Of a stretch of 64,000 nucleotides of DNA, positions 29,525 to 41,440 are shown in pieces. Below the pieces are notes generated by a model. The model had not been told where the DNA came from. It searched no databases and was given only the letters and a program-made list of their open reading frames with translations. Source of the DNA: Cirrosporium novae-zelandiae (taxonomy: Eukaryota); NCBI GenBank assembly GCA_026023565.1, contig JAPETS010000015.1, positions 1 through 64,000 of the forward strand, written 5' to 3'. A program made the position numbers and the translations under genes. Each line of letters opens with the position of its first letter. The stretch's first letter is position 1.

Positions 29525-32500
29525 AATAATAATGATCATGATTATTCATTGTTTTATGTTCATATATCGCTTAGAAGCTATGACGGACTTTATTCGGGGG
29601 TTTCAGGCCTTTTTGTATCCTTTTCCGGGCTTATTTTTAGCTAAGATAGTGGGGGTTATCCCCTGGTTCGGTTATATAGTTTTTTTTTTTTTTGGGTTTC
29701 CTAGAATTATTTGATTTATTTAACCGGACAGTTTTTTAGCGTTATTTCGGTGTTCGTAATTTATAAATAAATTTATTCGTATTTATTTATAATTTTTTTA
29801 ATTTTTGTTTACGTATACGTTTATCCCGTATATTTATTATAGGCCCTGTTTCTATTTAATATTTACGTCTAGATTTTTTTCCCCCCCGTATCCGGGTTCT
29901 ATTTATTTTTAATCTAAATATATTTCACGATTTTTTTTTTCGTATCTGGTTTAGAATTAAGGTTTTCCTACCTCCGTATTATTTAAAAAACGTATCAATT
30001 TTGAAAAAATTTTCGGTTTTTTAATACGAATATTAGTTTTTCTTTATCGGTTATATTCGGTTATTAATCCCCCCGTTTTTCTATTATTTTCCGTAAACGG
30101 GCTTTAACCGTTTTCCAGCGCGGATATATTAATATTAAATAGAGGATATTTTAATATAAAATCCCGTATTATTAATATTCCGGGGTAATAATAATTTTCG
30201 TGCGATATATATATTTTCTAATAATAGCGTATTTTATTTTTAATTAATAAAATTTATTTATTAATTTTTTAAACGTATATTTTAATATTTAATTTTTTTT
30301 ATATTTTTGATATATTTTATAAAATTTATCGAATAATCGTTTTATTTTTTTAATTACGTAATTAATTATATATTTTTATAATCCGTTTTTCGATTATATT
30401 ACGGATTATATAAATTAACGAAATTTATTTAATTATTTTATTATTTTTTAGCGTTACGTTTATTTTAGGCGTTTAATTTATTATTTCGTTTCTAAATATT
30501 TTATAATATTTTAGAATTTATTTAATTACGATTTTCGTTCTTTAATCAATTAAATATTTAATATATTTATATATCGTTTATATAATCGTTTAATTTTTTT
30601 TTAATTTTTTTTTTTCGATTTATTTAATTGCCGTCTGCGAATTAAATAATATTATTATTATTTTATTGGGGGTTATTTAAATATTTAAATCTATTTTAGT
30701 CGTTATTTTCAAAACCGTTTGCACCTTTTAAAATTTTATATCGAATATTTTTTTATTTTGACCGAAATAATATTTCCGTACTATTTACGGAGTTTTTTCG
30801 GCTATTTTCCAGGCTATTTCCGCTTTTATTTTACGGTCGTTTAATCTAAATTTATCCGATTAATATACGTTTTTCCAATTCTATATTAACGTATCGTTAA
30901 AAATCTATTATTCGGGAAATATTATTATTTTTTTTGATTATTTAGATTTTTTCGATTTTAAAATTCGGATTTATTATTTTTTAAATTCTTATTATAATTA
31001 AATATTAATCTAACGTATTTTTTTTAATTTTCTAATAATTATTTTTTTAATTAAATATTTATATTCTTTATTTTTAGTGTTATAAATAATATTAGATTCG
31101 TTAAATTTTTTTCGATTTTTTAAAAATACCGAAACCCGTATTTTTTTTGTATAATATTTAGTATTACGTTTATAGAATATATATAAATCTTTTATATAAC
31201 CGCTATTATTAGAGTTATTTTATAAACCCCGATTATTAATTTCGTAAATCTATTTAGTAATTTTTGAAATTCTGTTTAATACCTGGTTTGCCCTTTTTAC
31301 CAGATCTTATACCCGTATATATAAATTAATATTATAATAGTTATTATTATTTAGCGCGTAAATCCTATAAATAGCCCGTTTCGGTAATATATATATTTAA
31401 TTATTTTTTCCGCGTATCTAATTTTAATTAGACGCTGGACGTAATAAATTTAAAAATTAAATTTCGGGTCTAATTATATATTTAATTACCGTATATAATT
31501 TTTTTTATATTTAATTAAATAATTATCGATCCTAATTTTCGGTTTAATATTTATTTAAATTTAGTATTTTCGTAATTTAAAAAAAATTATAATCTCAATT
31601 TTTTAAACGTCGAATTTTAACTCATTTTTTTTTATTAAATCGCCGTTTTCGCTATTTATTAAATAGTTTTCTGGGTTTATTTATTATTTATATAAATAGT
31701 CGAGAAATTTACGTCGTCCACGAATAATAGAATTTTAATTCTAAAAATTATTTATTCTATGGCTGCGATTAACCCGCTGCAATATATCAGAAATAATATT
31801 AAAAATATAAACGATTTTTACAGCACCCCCGTTTTTATATTAATTTAGGATTGTATTTCTCCGTCAATCATTAATTCGATATTTTATTAAATTATAAAAT
31901 TGATTATTTATTTAATAATATTTTTATCGATTTTTAATTATTTTAAACGTCGTATTAATCTAAATCGTAATATATAATTAAACGTTTTTTTGACGTTTAT
32001 AAATAAAATATAAATTATTTATTTTTAATTAAATTTTTTTTATTTAATATATTAAACACGTAAACGTATCAATTACGTTTCGGTTATATTTTAATCTAAA
32101 TTAATTTTTATATAATTTATTTAGATTAAAATATATTTCTATTAACGCGTTAATTACGATTTTTTCCATTCTTTTATAATTTTTAATTAATATTTTATCG
32201 GTTTTTTTAAATTTAAATAATAATATTTTTTAAATATATTTTTATTACGTCGGGTGATATTTTAATCGGAAATAATATTGGATTATTTTTATTATTTTAT
32301 TAGAGTCCTATTATTATAATATATATAACGTTTTAAATTAGATTTTATTATATTTTAGGGTTTTATTCGTATTTTATATATATAACGTTTTTCGTATCGT
32401 TTTTTCGGATAATTATTAGACGAATATTTTTTTATCGGAAACTGAGATTCGGGATTTTTTAGAAATAACGGGAAAATTCGTTCCCTTATAAAGATTTTTT

Positions 32501-35500
32501 ATTTACGCTATATTTTTTTAAAATTTAGAAATTTTAAATCGTTTTTTTTTATATATATTTAAAAAAAATCGATTTATTTATTTTTTTTTTTAATTCTAAT
32601 TAATTTTATACATTTTTTAAATATCGTTTTAACTTTTTCGTAGATTCAGCGTTTTTATTTCGTTTTTTTAAATATTACGTAGTATTCGTGTTTTTTAATA
32701 ATATATTCGGGGTTTTACCAAATTTTTAACTAAACGTATACTCGTTTTAGTTTTGCCTATTTATTTAAAATAGTTTTTAATTAAATAATAATTTTTTATA
32801 TTTCGTTTTTTAATTACGTTTCCGTATAATTTATAATTAATATATTTTTTATAATTAATCAGAATTCTTATTTTTATTTCGTTTTTATTTATTATTAGAG
32901 GTTTTCCGGCGATTTTAAATCTTATGAATTCGGGATTGACTAATTTATTTTTAGGCGTTGACCCCTTTATTCGAATTAAATAAAAACGTGGTTTAAATTA
33001 ATTTTTAATTTATTTTTAATATTATTAATTACCGTATCTATTAATTATTTTTAAAATAATTTTATCGCGGGATTAATTATTATCAAATTAATTATTAAAT
33101 AATAAATCGATTTTTTTCCGAATTAAATATTCTGAACCGTGTTATTTTATATAATTAAACCCTATTTTTCTATAAATATTATTAAAAATATATCGTTCAC
33201 GTAAATAATTCGTTCGGGTTTCTATATTAGATTATAAATATTAAAATTTTTTATTAATATTATTTTTTATTAATATTATTTTATTTCCGTTAAAAATAAA
33301 TTTTTATTCTATATTTTATAAAGTTTTTCTAGATTTTTATTATCGGTTTTAATTTTAGAAATATATATTTTTTAATTTTTAATCGTAAACGTTAATTATT
33401 TTAATCGGGTTTTTTATCCCCCCGTCTACGTTTATTATACTGATATTTAGCGTTATAAAATAAAAAGAATTAATTATATTAATTTTTACGATTATTTTAA
33501 AAACGATATTTTTTCGGTTTTTATATATAATAATAACCGTTTTTATAATTTTATTTTTTATTTAGATCTTTAATTTGGATTAATAAAAATCTTATACCGG
33601 ATATGATATTTTTTTTTTAATTTTTAATTAAATTTTTATAATAATATTACATTTATTCCGATTTATATAATCGATTCTAAAATTATAATTATTATATCGT
33701 ATTTTTTATAATAATTATATTATAATATTTTTATTTATAATTTAGATATATCGTTATTTATTTACGATATAAATATTACCTGTATTTTCGGTATTATCGA
33801 TATTTCGGGTATTATTTACGTTTTTTCCTTTATTTTTTTCTAGATTTCTGATTCGGGGATTCTTAATTTTTAATTAAGATTTTATAGATCTTTCTTTTTT
33901 TTAGAAACATTAATATATAAAATAATTATATAATATTTTTTCGACGTTTTTTTTCGTATATTCTATTTTTATTTTTCGGGTCGCCAAATATTTTCCGTCC
34001 GTAATTATATAGAGGCCTAGATAGTTTGTATATTTTAACGGGATATATATATAAATCTCCGTATACGCGGATTTATATTTTATTATCCGATATTAGTAAT
34101 TTTACGTTTCGTATATTTCCGCGTATATCGTGTATTTAACAGCTCTATTTTTATATTCTAGAAATAATTTATACCCTAATTAAACGTATTTTAAATACGT
34201 TTTATTTATTTCTAGCGTGAATTATTTAATATATCGAAATTTATATTTTATTAAATAATAGTTTTCGATTTTTTATTTTTTATATATTATTAATAAAAAA
34301 TCTATTTTAATTAAAATAATATCTTTTTTTAATATAAGCCCTGTTTATACCCGTTTTTAGCGGTATTTCTTCAACGTTATTTCTACCATTACCGTATTTC
34401 GAAATAATAAATAATTATTTTTTGAATTATTTTTTATTAGATTTAATTTTTTTAGATTTTTAAATATTTTTATTTAATAGAAAGTTTTTAGTAAATATAT
34501 ATTTATTATCGCGTTATTTATTTCCGTTATAATTTTTATAATCTTTTATTTATATTTAGATATTAATATACCCGTATTAACTTTTTTATTAAATATAATT
34601 TTTAGATTATTTTTTTTATTAATATAAATTTCCCGTATCCGTAATTCAGGCGCTACGTCTAAATTAATTAATTTAATATTGATCGCCGTTATTATTAATA
34701 TCGTAGAACCCGAATATTTGATTTTTTTTTTATTAAAAATCAATATTTTTTAATTTTTAGTTTTTTTATATTTCCGTTTACGGAATCAGTACGTTTTTTT
34801 TACGGGGTTTAATTATTTATTATTTTATTAATTATTTTAATATAAATAAATCACGTAGATTCTGGCGTTATTTTTATAAAAATTTATTTCGGGGTTTTCG
34901 GTATTAACGGTAGGGCTTTCTATCTAATTATTTTTGCCGTTTATTGGAAATTTTTCTAGATTTTTTTATCCGTTTATATTATTGTCCGCGTATTAGATAT
35001 TTATAATACGATTATTATATTTATTCAGAATATTATTAAAAAAAATATTATTTTTTTTTTTATTATTCGTTCGGATTTAATTATCAGGATTATATAATTT
35101 TTATTTATAAAAGTTTTTATTTTATTATACGTGATTTCTGCGATTTTTATCCGGATTTATAATATCTGGCTTATTATTATAATTATTTTTTTAGTTATTA
35201 AAAATTTTTATTTAATTATATATTATTTTCTTTGGTTTTTTTTTAAATTTTTATAATTTTATTATTTCGTTTTTTTAAAACGATTATTCGGGTTTTTAAA
35301 ACGAAAAATATTTTCTGTAATTATATTATAAAATCGTCGGTTTTTAAAATCTAATACATTTTTTTTCCGATCGCGGGAAGTATATATATTATTATATATT
35401 TAACCGTTTATTCGATAAAAGTATCCCGGTTATTAATCTGTTTTTTTTTAAAAAAAAAATATTTCGTAAAATCTTTCGACGATATTTCCTCGTTTAATCG

Positions 35501-35780
35501 TTTTTTTTTTGAATAAAGATTATAATACCGAATCGCTAGATTTTATTATAAAATTTCATTCCGGTTCGTTCGATTCGTTTTTTAGGCGCTGTCGCCCTCT
35601 CGTATCCGCCTGGTTCTCGCTGACGGTACGTATTCTCTCAACCCCTAATATTTCGCCGCTACTGTTAGGCTCTATAGGCCTTAAATAAGCGTTAAATATT
35701 TCGTATAACGGTCGTCACAATAATGAATTGATTTGGTGGCGCGGGATCACCAAAAAACGTTTTTTTTTAATTCGTTTTTT
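29525..35780 (-). mobile_element. apparently full-length (~6.25 kb) Tad1-like LINE, RIP-inactivated, with ~11-bp TSD TAAACGATTTT
   Basis: The TSD is at 29514-29524 and 35781-35791. The 5' UTR at ~35580-35780 is GC-richer. Motifs: ORF1 knuckle relic 'PLKYTNYLGL' (KCTNCLGPH) ~34010-34042, APE endonuclease region ~32980-33830, RT 'FVDDVNF' ~31705-31725, and RNase H ~30450-30660. The 3' tail is at 29525. Confidence 0.92.
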
Positions 35781-36340
35781 TAAACGATTTTTATAATATC
35801 CACGTTTTTATATTAATTCGGGATTATATTTCTCCGTCTATTATTAATACCATATTTTATTAAATTATAAAACTAATTATTTATTTTATTCAATATATCA
35901 AATACGTAAACGTTTTAATTACGCTTTAATTATATTTCGATCTAAATTAACTTTTATATAATTTATTTAGCTTTTCGTATATATCCACTAACGTATTAAT
36001 TACAGTTTTTTCTATTATTTTATTTAAATAATATAATAGATTTATTATTTTATAATTTTTAATTAATATTTTATCGGTTTTTCCAGATTTAAATAATAAT
36101 ATCCCCCGGGTATAATTCTATTGCGTCGGGTGATACTCTAGCCGGAAATAATATCGGACCATCTCTATTATTCTACTGGGGTCCTACTGCCATACTATAC
36201 GTAGCGCTCCAAATTGGGCTCCGTCATGCCCTGGGGCTTTATTCGTATTTTGTCCGTATAACGTTTTCCGCACCGCTTTCTCGGACAGTTGTTGGGCGAA
36301 TACCCCCCCTATCGGAAGCCGAGGTTCGGGGCTTTCTGCG
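35781..36340 (-). mobile_element. LINE family B RT fragment (right half of host), partly unmutated
   Basis: 36100-36340 translates as 'SEKAVRKTLYGQNTNKAPGHDGAQFGALRIVWQ*DPSRIIEMVRYYFRLEYHPTQ*NYTRG', the KAPG.DG domain-0 motif of non-LTR RTs. Confidence 0.92.
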
Positions 36341-37067
36341 GTTTAACGCGGGTCTATTAATATTAAATAAAAAATATTTTGATATAAAATCCCGTATTAT
36401 TAATATTCCGGGGCAATAATAATTTTCGTACGGTATATATATTTTCTAATGACGGCGTATCCCATTTTTAGTTAATAAAATTTATTTATTAGTTTTTTAA
36501 ATGTATATTTTAATATCCGATTTTATTATATTTTAAGTATATTCTATAAAATCTATAGAATAATTTATTTATTCTTTAATTATATAATTAATTATATATT
36601 TTTATAATCTATTTTTGGATTATATTACGGATTATATAAATTAACGAAATTTATTCGATTTTTTGTTTTAATATTACGTTTATTTTAATCGTTTAATTTA
36701 TTATTTTATTTTTCGATATTTTATAACATTCTAGAATTTATTTAATAACGATTTTCGTTTTTCAATTTATTAAATATTTAATATATTTATATATTTTTTA
36801 TATAATTATTTAACTTTTTTTTTTTTTCGATTTATTTAATAATCGTTTACGAATTAAATGATAATATTATTTTTTTTCCAGAGATTTTATAATTATTTAA
36901 ATATATTTTTATCGTTATTTTTAAAACCAGTTATATTTTTTAAAATTTTATATCGAATAATTTTTTATTTTAATTTCAATAATACTTCCGTATTATTTAA
37001 GGGATTCTTTCGATTATTTTCCAAATTATTCCCGTTTTTATTTCAAAGTTTTTTAATTTAAATCCGT
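36341..37067 (-). mobile_element. LINE family B RNase H-region fragment
   Basis: Matches 30115-30855. Confidence 0.8.
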
Positions 37068-37282
37068 TTATTTAAATTTAGAAAAAACTAATAAAATATT
37101 AATGAAGAATTATAAAAAAATAAATTTATCATATTATTGAAATAAAATAATCGAAAAAATTGTAATTAACGTATTAATAAATATATATCAAAATTTAAAT
37201 AAATTATATAAAAATTAATTTAAATCGAAATATAATAGAAACGTAATTAATACGTTTATATATTTAATATATTGAATAAAAA

Positions 37283-37601
37283 TATCAAGGTTGGGGCTCT
37301 GATAGTGTAGGTAGCGATGCGGATAGGTAGTGTGCCCATATCGTAGTAATATTGAAATAATAGTACTCCTGTATAATACAAGACTGAAAGCTGGTTTTTC
37401 ACAGTTTTTTTTCTATTTTTTTAGATAAACTTTTCTATTTAACGTTTTTTTTTTCGGTAATCTATCGGCGCTATATAACGTTATTTCCCCGTTTTCATCC
37501 CGTTTTTGGTCCCCAGACGTAGCGACCCCTTCTAGTACTCCACTTCCCCTCCTTTATGACAGAACCCCTTTTTAGTATTCTACTTCTCTTCCTTTGTGAC
37601 A
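37283..37601 (-). repeat. solo LTR of family C
   Basis: Ends are TATCAAGG and CCTTTGTGACA, homologous to 5781-6100. It is flanked by AAAAA on both sides, and the LINE host is continuous across it. Confidence 0.92.
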
Positions 37602-38472
37602 AAAAAAAAGATTTAATTAAAAACAAATAATTTATATTTCATTTATAAATATTAAAAAAACGTTTAATTATATATTACAGTTCACATTAATATAACGTTT
37701 AAAATAATTAAAAATGAATAAAAAATATTATTAAATAAATAACTAGTTTTACGATCTAATAAAATATCGAATTAATAATTAACGGAGAAATATAATCCCG
37801 AATTAATATAAAAATGGGTACCGTAAAAATCGCCTATATTTTTAATATTATTCATAATATATTATAGCGGGTTATTCGTAATTATAAAATAAATACTTCC
37901 TAAAATCAAAATTCTATTATTCGTAAACGACGTAAATTTCTCGACTATTTATATAAATGATAAATAAATCCGGAAAACTATTTAATAAATAACGAAAACA
38001 GCGGTGCAATAAAAAAAAATTAAAATTCGATATTTAAAAAATTAAAATTATAATTTTTCTGAAATTACGAAAATACTAAATTTAAATAAATATTAAATCG
38101 AAAATCAAAGTCGATAATTATTTAATCGAATGTAAAAAAAATTACGTACGATAATTAAATACGCGGAAAACGTAATTAAATATATATATTATTAAAACGG
38201 ATTATTTATAAAATTTATATATTAAATAATCGTAATAATTATAATATTAATTTATATATATAATTATAAAATCTAATAAAAAAAATAAATTTGATATTAA
38301 ATAAAATTTTAAAAATTATTAAATACAAAAAATTACGAAATTAATAATTAAAATTTATAAAACATATTTAATAATAACGATTATATAAAACATTTATATA
38401 TATTTTATAAACGTAATATTCAATATAGAATTTTAAAAAATATAAACGGTTTTAGAAATAATAATTAGAATA

Positions 38473-40284
38473 GAGAGGCTGGTCGGGTCTTTAGCCAGAC
38501 CCAGGTTTTAGCCGAAAACACCACAATTTCAATTATTCAAATACAATCGACCAACTTATATATTAATTTACATAGAATTGCCCTATATAATTTTTATTAG
38601 GATAGGAAATTCCTAAAAAATTAGTTTTTTTTATTAAGTAATTTTCGCTTTCCTTATTTTTTGCCCCCCCATTTTTTAATTTTGTTCTATTTTTGTTTCT
38701 TCCGTTATTTCTATAATTCGCGCTCCATATTTATTTATTAAGAAATATATTATTTAAATCAATTATCAGTTTTATACGCGTATTATATTTGAAAATATTT
38801 ATTTTTATTTGAATTATATATTTATTAAATTTTCGTTAAAATTTTATTGATCGAATTATTTATCGATTTTATTTATTAGAATCCGGAAATCTCGATTTAA
38901 TATTACGTCGAGATATTTTATTAATTTTTTTAATTATTTTCTATTATAAAAGATATCGAAAAGTTTAAAAAAATTCGATTAAAACCGTTTAGGGAGCGCG
39001 GTAATTATTCTAGAAAAAAAAATCGAATTTTTAAATTCGGAAAAAATAAATACCCGGTTAGAATTATAAAAATAGATTTTAATTTTTTTTTTATTTGATT
39101 ATAATTGTCCGACGAATTAAATATTTAATATAAATTTTATTAAACGTAATAATAAATTTGTTTTTTTAATAGGTACAGTGTTATCCTATTTAAAAAAAAT
39201 TTTAATTTTTTTTTATATACGTTTTTCAGGAAGAAAAACACGTTTTTATTTATAAATTATAATAAATAAAATATATAAATAAATAAATATAAATATTATA
39301 CGTTGTTTTAATAATATAATTATATAAATTCTGGGGATATATAATTATTATATCTATTAAATAGCAAAATTCGAGCCCTAGATTTATTCGGAAAAATATA
39401 AATAAAAGAAATAGTCCGTAACTACGTAATAATAATTTTATTAATCGTCCAATTATTAAAACAAACAGTATAATATATATTAAAAACCGAATTATCAAAT
39501 TAAACGATTATAAAAAGAATTTTTAAATATAATAAAATCTAGAATATATTTTCTCTGAATAAATATAGTTTTTAATATAATAATTTAATTACGATTTTCC
39601 GGTATAATTTGAATTGTATATCGTTGATTTGTACGTTTAATAATTTTAATAATATTAATATATATTTTTATGTTATTTATATTTTATATATTTTTTAATT
39701 CGATTTTGTATTCGATATTAATATATTCGAAAAAAATAAAAAAACCGGTAATATTATCGATAATAAAATAAATTCGGTTAATCGAAAAAAATCGATTTTA
39801 AAAAATTTTAATATTATCGTATCGATTAATAAATCGAATTATTTGTTTTTAATTAAATAAATTTAATTTAACGAAATATTGGGCGATATAAAAAATAAAA
39901 TAATATACAAATTTAAATATTAAGATTTAATTTCGATTATTTAAAAATTTTATTTAATTAATTCTTATAATTTTTTGATTATCGATCAAAAATTATTATT
40001 TTATATACGATTTACGTATTAATTAATAATAACCGTGAAATCGATTTAATAATATAAATCGATTAACCCTATATATAGCCGCAGAAACTCGGATATTTAA
40101 AAAAATATTTTTATTATAATCAGAAATAGCTTTTTATAATATTATTTTATCAAGAGATTAATAAAGTATTATAGGGGTGATAAATATAAAGAAATTGATT
40201 GAGGGGTGAGTTGGAGATAAGGTGGAAGTTGGTGTTTTTTTTCGGCTAAAAGCTGGGTCTGGCTAAAGACCCGACCAGCCTCTC
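38473..40284 (-). mobile_element. Fot1/pogo-type (Tc1-mariner superfamily) DNA transposon, 1.8 kb, TA TSD
   Basis: The ~46-bp TIR GAGAGGCTGGTCGGGTCTTTAGCCAGACCCAG.TTTTAGCCGAAAA occurs at both ends with one mismatch. TA is at 38471-38472 and 40285-40286. Confidence 0.96.
38600..40170 (-). pseudogene. DDE_1 (pogo/Fot1) transposase relic
   Basis: The minus strand at ~39230-39470 reads 'NNWTINK...*LRT...RARILLFNRYNNYISPEFI*LYY*NNV*YLYL...', the mutated form of NGWT.N...WL...R.LLLDGH.SH.S.EF...C..NNV...YLP.H.TH.LQP.D. Boundaries are approximate. Confidence 0.88.
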
Positions 40285-41440
40285 TAAATCTAAATATTTA
40301 AATAATTCCCGAAAAAATATTTAATAATATTATTCGATTGGTAAATAACGATTAAATAAATCGAAAAAAAAAATTGAAAAAAAATTAAATAATTATATAA
40401 ACGATATATAAATATATTATATATTTAATTAATTAAAAAACGAAAATCGTAATTAAATAAATTTTAAAATATTATAAAATATTGAGAAACGAAATAATAT
40501 ATTAAATAATTAAAATAAACGTAACGTTAAAAAATAATAAAATAATTAAATAAATTTCGTTAATTTATATAATTTATAATATAATTAAGAAACGGATTAT
40601 AAAAATATATAATTAATTATATAATAAAAAAATAAAAAAAATATTTAATAAGTTTTATTGAATATATTTAAAATATAAAAAAAAATTAAATATCAAAATA
40701 TACGTTTAAAAAATTAATAAATAAATTTTATTAATTAAAAATAAAATACGCTGTTACTGAAAAATATATATATAATACGAAAATTACTATTATCTCGGAA
40801 TAATAATAATATAAAATTTTATATTAAAATATTTTTTATTTAATATTAATATACCCGCGGTAAAAAACATTTAAAACCCATTTACGGAAAGTAATAGAAA
40901 AACGGGGACAACGATAATCTAATATAATTAATAAAAAAAAAACTAGCTTTCATATTAAAAAACCGAAAAATTTTCGAAAAATTAAATATATTTTCTAAAC
41001 GATACGGAAATAAAAAAAACCCTAATTTCAAATTAAACGCGAAAAAATAGACCGTCAAATTTATTTAAATTAAAAATAAATAAAACCCGAATACGAAAAA
41101 AAAAAATCTAAACGAATCCAATATTAAATAAAAATTAGGCCCGTAATAAAAAAACGGGATAAACGTATACGTGAAACGTAAAAACTAAAAATTGAAAAAT
41201 AATACGAATAAATCTATTTATAAAACTCGAAAACCGAAATAACGTTAAAAATTATCCGGTTAAATAGACCACGTGATTCTAGAAAACCAAAAAAAGGGGG
41301 AGACTATAGAGCCGAATCAGGGGGACTAGCCCCCACCATCTTAGCTAAAAATAAGCCTGAGAGGGGATATAAAGGGGTCTAAAACCCCTAAATAGAGTCC
41401 GTTATAGTTTCTAAACGATATATAGATATAAAATAATGAA

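Larger units (their letters stand above)
37068..41440 (+). mobile_element. 5'-truncated LINE family B, interrupted by a solo LTR and a pogo transposon
   Basis: Collinear with 49390 onward and with 7380-9880 on either side of both insertions. It ends ...AAAATAATGAA without the full tail. Confidence 0.88.

Noticed and set aside
36341..41440. Twin-priming 5' inversion of a single LINE insertion (also considered for 23811-29060)
   Set aside because: The inverted parts duplicate sequence also present in the forward parts rather than lying upstream of them, and no shared TSD brackets the pair.
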